From Pasteurella multocida (GTDB lineage: Bacteria; Pseudomonadota; Gammaproteobacteria; Enterobacterales; Pasteurellaceae): DNA of 32,000 nt. Both the position numbers and the translations under genes were made by a program. Every line of letters begins with the position of its first letter. Within the stretch, counting starts at the first letter, position 1. The stretch lies in assembly GCF_900187275.1 (NCBI RefSeq), contig NZ_LT906458.1, forward strand, positions 1,230,001 through 1,262,000, in the 5' to 3' direction. The notes beneath the pieces are model-generated. The model had not been told where the DNA came from and ran no database searches. It saw only the letters and a program-made list of their open reading frames with translations. This document shows, one piece after another, positions 26,871-32,000 of the stretch.

Positions 26871-27617
26871 CTATTCGCTTGCTATCACAGCAAATACTCT
26901 GGCATTAAAACCCGGCGCATGCTGGATTTTCGGTACACCAATAAAAATAGCCGCGCCAGTTGCAGGTAACTCTGCTAAATTGGTTAACACTTCCACTTGA
27001 AATTTATTTTGTGATAACCAATAGCGCTCGCCCACTAAATCATTATTTTTAGCAAAATCTAGCGCGCTGTCCGTATCTAAGGTTTCGTGCCCAATCGCAG
27101 TCACATTCCGCTGTTCATGCAAAAATTTCAATGCCTCCAACGACCAACCCGGTGTATGAGCCTGCCCTGTTTCATCACGATTATAGAAGGCTGTATGATC
27201 ATGCCATCTGGACGACCAGCCACTAGCAAATGCCACAAAACTGCCTTCTGCGATTTTGCCATGTTCGGCTTCAAACGCCAAAATATCCTCAACCGACAAC
27301 CTGTAATCCGGGTTTTCACTCACGGCTTGCTCTTTATGAATCACATATAAAGGCAATACCAATTCCGCCACAGGAATGTCCTCTAAATAGCGTGTATTTG
27401 GTGCAAAATGAATAGGCGCGTCAAGATGCGTACCGTATTGACTGACTAAAGTATATTGGTTAGAGAAAAATCCATCATTTTCAACCGTGAACAAAGTTTT
27501 TGTTTCAAGCGGTTTAAAAGCAGGAAAATAAGGGATCGCAGGATTCACTGGATGTGATAAATCCACCCATTTTTGCGTTTTTAGAAAAGCAATGGCTTGT
27601 GACACGGTATTCATCAT
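26871..27617 (-). CDS. Cyclase-family protein (kynurenine-formamidase-like metal hydrolase)
   Basis: 248 aa with the motif QYGTHLDAPIHF, resembling the cyclase-family HxGTHxDxPxH motif (first His is Gln here). Confidence 0.78.
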   Translation of the reverse strand: MMNTVSQAIAFLKTQKWVDLSHPVNPAIPYFPAFKPLETKTLFTVENDGFFSNQYTLVSQYGTHLDAPIHFAPNTRYLEDIPVAELVLPLYVIHKEQAVSENPDYRLSVEDILAFEAEHGKIAEGSFVAFASGWSSRWHDHTAFYNRDETGQAHTPGWSLEALKFLHEQRNVTAIGHETLDTDSALDFAKNNDLVGERYWLSQNKFQVEVLTNLAELPATGAAIFIGVPKIQHAPGFNARVFAVIASE

Positions 27618-27766
27618 TCACTCCTTCATCTTCTGTTTACGACAAATTCACTTATAAACACATTGACTGATGCAACGCATCATCAGCGCTAAATTAGCAC
27701 AAAAAACATTCTCTAACAGCCTAATTTTGATCATCAAACAAGGCGTTTGCCGCAAGAGGCATCATG

Positions 27767-28675
27767 CTATAAACGCGCTTTTTCTCCACCAAATTCCTCT
27801 AATAAATTTGCTGTTAATTGAGTTAATACGCCTGTCATTAACACAAAATCTGCATCAAAACGTTGCGCATAATCTTCTTTTAAAATATCGTCATTTTTTT
27901 CACGCAGTTGATCCGCAAATTTCAAGCGTTTTAACGTGCAATCTTCATTGAGAATAAAAGACAAACGTTCTTCCCATGCTAAAGATAACTTCGTAATAAA
28001 CTTTCCAGCATTGAGTAAGGTTTGAATTTCATCCGATTCTAAATTTTGTTGCTTGCAACGAATAATGCCACTGTCTTGACTGCCGGTTAATTCTGCCTCT
28101 TCCAATGGCATCAACCAAGCGGGTGTCTGATCTTTATTAATCCAATCAGTCATGATAACGCTCGGTTCGTTAGCAAAACTTAATGGCACCACTGGCAAAG
28201 ATCCTAAAGACTTTCGCAATAACGCCAAAGCATCTTCCGCCCGTTTAGATGAGGCAGCATCCACATAAATGAGCTGATTTTCAGTATCAATCCATAATGC
28301 TGTTTGTTGATTTTTGCTAAAAGCACGAGGTAACAACATCGATACTACATCATCTTTTAATGCTTGCTTTTCGACTTTCTTTAACTTGCGATTTTCTTTT
28401 TGCTCAAGCTGTTCAATACGTTGCTCCAATTCTGCTTTTACGACGTGGGCAGGCAAGATCTTTTCTTCTTTATGTGCCAATAATAAAATCTGTTTTCCCA
28501 CCGAAAAATGTAACATCTCAGTGCCACGCAGGGGATTTGTCCACCCAAATTTACTCATGTCTGATTGTTGACAAGGATGATACTCACATTGTTGTAATGC
28601 AGTTTGTAGGCTATCTGCCGTCCAATCCAATGCTTTTGTGAGACGATAAATCATGAGGTTTTTAAACCAAACCAT
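27767..28675 (-). CDS. rdgC: Recombination-associated protein RdgC
   Basis: 302 aa. The N-terminus MVWFKNLMIYRL... and overall similarity match RdgC. Confidence 0.93.
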   Translation of the reverse strand: MVWFKNLMIYRLTKALDWTADSLQTALQQCEYHPCQQSDMSKFGWTNPLRGTEMLHFSVGKQILLLAHKEEKILPAHVVKAELEQRIEQLEQKENRKLKKVEKQALKDDVVSMLLPRAFSKNQQTALWIDTENQLIYVDAASSKRAEDALALLRKSLGSLPVVPLSFANEPSVIMTDWINKDQTPAWLMPLEEAELTGSQDSGIIRCKQQNLESDEIQTLLNAGKFITKLSLAWEERLSFILNEDCTLKRLKFADQLREKNDDILKEDYAQRFDADFVLMTGVLTQLTANLLEEFGGEKARL

Positions 28676-28768
28676 AGTTTGTTCCTTCTTTTTTAAGGTA
28701 GAATAAGCAACTTATGTCGTATTTACGACAAAATAATTCAGTATTGTAACGTAGTTCGAGAGAAAAAT

Positions 28769-29596
28769 ATGCAAGCGAAATCAATTTGCTTTATCGGTGG
28801 CGGGAATATGGCACAAGCCATTATTTTTGGTTTACTCAAACAAGGCTACCCGGCTAATCAAATCACTGTCAGCGACCCAAATGCGGCAAAACGTCAATGT
28901 TTCGCTGAAAAAGGGGTAAATACTGTTGAAACAAGTCAGACAGATACACAAGATGCGGTGGAAAAATCAGAGGTTTTACTGCTCGCCGTCAAACCGCAAA
29001 TGATTGCCGCAGTTTGCCAAGGATTAAGTGCGGTCGATTTTAGCCAAAAATTAGTGATTTCAATTGCAGCAGGGGTTTCAGTAACAAAATTACAATCACG
29101 TTTGCCCACCGCAAAGCAAATTGTACGCGTGATGCCTAATACGCCTGCGTTAGTGGCAGAAGGTATGTCAGGCCTATTCGCACAGGACAGCTTGAAAGCT
29201 GAATACAAACAATTCACACAAGATTTGCTCAATGCGGTGGGAAAAACCTGTTGGGTAACTCAAGAAGCAGATATGCACACCATTACCGCAGGCTCAGGCA
29301 GTAGTCCGGCGTATTTTTTCTTATTTATGGAGGCAATGCAACAGGCATTGTGTCAAATGAATATGGATGAAGACACCGCTCGCTTATTAGTGCAACAATC
29401 CGCTTTAGGCGCGGCAAAAATGGTGATGGAAAATCCTGACTTACCGATTGCAACATTGCGTGAAAATGTCACGTCAAAAGGTGGTACAACGGCGGCAGCA
29501 TTGCAGGTATTGAATCAACAACAGTTACAACATATCGTCCAGCAGGCGATGCAAGCTTGTGTCGAACGTTCTCAACAAATGGAAAAATTGTTTTAA
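28769..29596 (+). CDS. proC: Pyrroline-5-carboxylate reductase
   Basis: 275 aa with the Rossmann motif [14 protein letters not shown] and the C-terminal [12 protein letters not shown]. Confidence 0.93.
   Translation: MQAKSICFIGGGNMAQAIIFGLLKQGYPANQITVSDPNAAKRQCFAEKGVNTVETSQTDTQDAVEKSEVLLLAVKPQMIAAVCQGLSAVDFSQKLVISIAAGVSVTKLQSRLPTAKQIVRVMPNTPALVAEGMSGLFAQDSLKAEYKQFTQDLLNAVGKTCWVTQEADMHTITAGSGSSPAYFFLFMEAMQQALCQMNMDEDTARLLVQQSALGAAKMVMENPDLPIATLRENVTSKGGTTAAALQVLNQQQLQHIVQQAMQACVERSQQMEKLF
29026..29034 (+). repeat. DNA uptake signal sequence core (Hin-type)
   Basis: Exact AAGTGCGGT. Confidence 0.8.
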
Positions 29597-30753
29597 TGAA
29601 AATTTCAGCATTTAACTGGCTTGCTTTAAGCTTCTTTGGGTATTTTTGTGCTTATGGCGTGTTCGTGCCTTTCTTTCCTGTCTGGCTAAAATCACAAGCC
29701 TATGGGGAAGAGTTAATAGGTTTAGTGATTGCCAGTTCTTATGTCTTTCGCTTTATCGGTGGTATCTTCTTTTCCAGTTTAGTGAAAAAAGCCTCACAAT
29801 TAATTTATGCCCTACGTTATCTGGCTTGGATAAGCTGTTTGATTGTCTTCAGCATGAGTTTGATGACCCAAAACTTTTGGTTACTATTTATTGCCATTGC
29901 CTTGTTTGCAATGGTCAATGCGGCAGGTATGCCAATCAGTGATACGTTAGCCAGCATCTGGCAACAACAAATCAATCTCGATTATGGCAAAGCACGCTTA
30001 ATTGGTTCCTTTGCTTTTGTCGTCGGCGTAGTCGTATTTGGTTATGTAATTGGTTTCATTGGCGAACACAATATTGTTTGGATTTTAACCGCACTTTTAG
30101 CCCTCTATGCAGTGCTACAAATGACAACACCTATGCCTGCGCCGACAGATCAACAAAGTGCGGTTGAAAATAACATTACATTTAAAGCGTTACTAAAAAA
30201 TCAAACAACTTTACGTTTGATTATCGCGATCTCCTTAATTCAAGGTTCTCATGCCACTTACTATGCTTACAGTGTCCTCTATTGGACGAGCTTGGGGATT
30301 TCAGTGCAAACAACCAGTTTACTGTGGGGCTTAAGTGTGATCGCGGAAATGTTGCTCTTTTTCTTTTCAACAAAGCTCTTCCGCACATGGAAAGTCAGTG
30401 CGTTATTTTACCTCTCTGCGATTGCAACGGTAATTCGTTGGGCGGCGTTGAGCATCGCGACAGAAGTTTGGAGCTTAACCTTAATTCAAACCTTACACAG
30501 TTTGACTTATGCGGTCAGTCACTATGCCATTATTCGTTATTTTACGACCCAGCCTATTCAGCATATTGCTAAATTACAAGGGCTGTATAATGGGATTTCA
30601 GGTTGTGCCGCAGTCGCATTATTAACAGCCTTATCTGGCTTGTTATACCCTGTTTCTCCCACAATTACGTTCCTTGCGATGACAAGTGTCGCAGCTTTGG
30701 CATTCGTCGTGATTCCACGTAAAGTCGATGCCTTTTTACTTAAACGGTGCTAA
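29596..30753 (+). CDS. MFS transporter, HcaT (3-phenylpropionate permease)-like
   Basis: About 12 TM segments. [34 protein letters not shown] resembles the HcaT-family N-terminus. I place the start at the ATG at 29596 (TAATG overlap with the proC stop), not the track's 29557, which lies inside proC. Confidence 0.78.
   Translation: MKISAFNWLALSFFGYFCAYGVFVPFFPVWLKSQAYGEELIGLVIASSYVFRFIGGIFFSSLVKKASQLIYALRYLAWISCLIVFSMSLMTQNFWLLFIAIALFAMVNAAGMPISDTLASIWQQQINLDYGKARLIGSFAFVVGVVVFGYVIGFIGEHNIVWILTALLALYAVLQMTTPMPAPTDQQSAVENNITFKALLKNQTTLRLIIAISLIQGSHATYYAYSVLYWTSLGISVQTTSLLWGLSVIAEMLLFFFSTKLFRTWKVSALFYLSAIATVIRWAALSIATEVWSLTLIQTLHSLTYAVSHYAIIRYFTTQPIQHIAKLQGLYNGISGCAAVALLTALSGLLYPVSPTITFLAMTSVAALAFVVIPRKVDAFLLKRC
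30088..30096 (-). repeat. DNA uptake signal sequence core (Hin-type)
   Basis: Exact ACCGCACTT. Confidence 0.8.
30156..30164 (+). repeat. DNA uptake signal sequence core (Hin-type)
   Basis: Exact AAGTGCGGT. Confidence 0.8.
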
Positions 30754-30755
30754 AC

Positions 30756-31649
30756 ATGAAAGATTCCGCGTTAATTGAGCTTTTTCTAAATGAAATTTGG
30801 ATCGAAAAGCAACTCTCGCAAAATACGATTGCCTCTTATCGCTTAGATTTGACTGCACTCATTCAATGGCTAGAAAAACAACAATTAACGCTTATCAATC
30901 TGGATGCCATCGACTTACAAACATTTCTAGGTGAACGCTTAAACCAAGGCTACAAAGCCACCAGCACAGCTCGCCTACTCAGTGCAATGCGAAAATTATT
31001 TCAATACTTATACCGCGAAAAATACCGCACAGATGATCCCAGTGCGGTATTAAGTTCTCCCAAATTACCTAGCCGCTTGCCTAAATACCTAACGGAACAA
31101 CAAGTTACTGATTTACTGAACTCCCCTGATGTCGATATCCCCTTAGAATTACGCGATAAAGCCATGATGGAATTGCTTTATGCAACAGGATTACGGGTCA
31201 CTGAATTAGTGTCATTGACTATTGAAAACATAAATATTAATCAGGGGATTGTACGGGTTGTTGGTAAAGGAAACAAAGAACGGATTGTTCCCATTGGGGA
31301 AGAAGCAACTTATTGGATTCGTCAATTTATGCTATATGGGCGTCCTTTTTTATTGCATGGACAAAGCTCAGATGTCGTCTTCCCAAGTAAAAGAGCGCTA
31401 CAAATGACACGCCAAACCTTTTGGCACCGTATTAAACATTATGCACTTTTGAGTGACATTGATATCAATAGCTTATCGCCCCATGTACTGCGTCACGCTT
31501 TTGCTACACATTTAGTAAATCATGGTGCGGATTTGCGTGTAGTACAAATGTTACTCGGACACAGCGATTTATCCACAACACAAATTTATACTCACGTTGC
31601 TAAAGAGCGTTTAAAACATTTACATGAACGCTACCATCCAAGGGGCTAA
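30756..31649 (+). CDS. xerD: Site-specific tyrosine recombinase XerD
   Basis: MKDSALIELFLNEIWIEKQLSQNTIASYRLDL..., ATGLRVTELVSL, HVLRHAFATHL and LGHSDLSTTQIYTHV (R-H-R-Y catalytic set) are collinear with E. coli XerD. The track's GTG at 30747 adds 3 residues. Confidence 0.92.
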   Translation: MKDSALIELFLNEIWIEKQLSQNTIASYRLDLTALIQWLEKQQLTLINLDAIDLQTFLGERLNQGYKATSTARLLSAMRKLFQYLYREKYRTDDPSAVLSSPKLPSRLPKYLTEQQVTDLLNSPDVDIPLELRDKAMMELLYATGLRVTELVSLTIENININQGIVRVVGKGNKERIVPIGEEATYWIRQFMLYGRPFLLHGQSSDVVFPSKRALQMTRQTFWHRIKHYALLSDIDINSLSPHVLRHAFATHLVNHGADLRVVQMLLGHSDLSTTQIYTHVAKERLKHLHERYHPRG

Positions 31650-31659
31650 CATCAAGCAT

Positions 31660-31690
31660 AAAAAAAACTGCATCACAAGGATGCAGTTTT
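31660..31690. terminator. Bidirectional terminator between xerD and raiA
   Basis: A8 / ctgcatc / acaag / gatgcag / tttt. The U-run is stronger on the minus (raiA) side. Confidence 0.7.
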
Positions 31691-31707
31691 AACGTTGGAT
31701 AACAGGA

Positions 31708-32000
31708 TTAGAAAGAATCTTTTAAGCGTTCATCGGCACGACGCGCTTCGCCTTTATGTTGTAATTTATTTAACTGACGCTCTAATTTTTCTTCTACTTC
31801 GTTGACGGCTTTATACATATCTTCTGACTCTGCTTTTGCAAACAAATCGCCAAGCGGGGTACCAATCGATGCCTCAACCGAAAAACCTTTTGGTATTTTG
31901 TTTAAAATAAAGTGGGGATTAATTAATTGAGTTTGCCATTTACCTAATTTAGCAAGTCTATCTTCGACGTGAGCACGGATTGCAGGAGTGATTTCCATTT
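31708..32000 (-). CDS. raiA: Ribosome-associated translation inhibitor RaiA (YfiA); 5' end runs off the right edge
   Basis: [32 protein letters not shown]...[16 protein letters not shown] aligns with internal residues of E. coli RaiA (...[14 protein letters not shown]...). The Met at 31998 is therefore probably not the true start. Confidence 0.85.
   Translation of the reverse strand, partial: MEITPAIRAHVEDRLAKLGKWQTQLINPHFILNKIPKGFSVEASIGTPLGDLFAKAESEDMYKAVNEVEEKLERQLNKLQHKGEARRADERLKDSF

Noticed and set aside
30756-31649. Tyrosine recombinase considered as the island's integrase.
   Set aside because: It is collinear with housekeeping XerD, lies 15 kb from the island, and is separated from it by about 15 core genes. 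It is not a mobility gene for this block.
1-32000. Search by eye for CRISPR arrays, rRNA, IS elements, and toxin-antitoxin or retron-like structures.
   Set aside because: I saw no regularly spaced direct repeats, no rRNA-like sequence, no transposase-like ORF or terminal inverted repeats, and no small two-gene cassette. A by-eye scan cannot exclude short or degenerate elements.

Overview
This window reads as a Pasteurellaceae-type chromosomal segment. I did no database search; all calls rest on motifs and my memory of homologues. The sequence has 15 exact Haemophilus-type uptake signal cores (AAGTGCGGT/ACCGCACTT).

The core genes are ordinary housekeeping genes: hflK (cut at the left edge and missing from the ORF track), an Sfp/EntD-type phosphopantetheinyl transferase, the thrL-thrA-thrB-thrC operon with a readable attenuator, yggS, a yecE-like DUF72 gene, rnhA/dnaQ, two tandem tRNA-Asp genes, der, ftsP-plsC, lpxH, efp/epmB, oapA, a cyclase-family gene, rdgC, proC, an HcaT-like MFS transporter, xerD and raiA (cut at the right edge).

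The exception is an AT-rich block of about 7.6 kb (about 7974-15620) between yggS and the yecE-like gene. It has no uptake signal cores and no integrase, transposase or adjacent tRNA. It carries six same-strand ORFs:
- A three-gene operon, translationally coupled by overlapping reading frames (8265-11805). It encodes a Cap4/DUF4297-like PD-(D/E)xK nuclease, a small adaptor, and a Rad50/SMC-like ABC ATPase with a central CxxC. I read it as Lamassu type II / ABC-3C / DdmABC-like.
- An orphan, highly acidic 186-aa ORF (11874-12434) whose GC content resembles the core genome.
- A SIR2-HerA pair (12578-15588).

This island is the part worth follow-up. I found no CRISPR array, rRNA or IS element.
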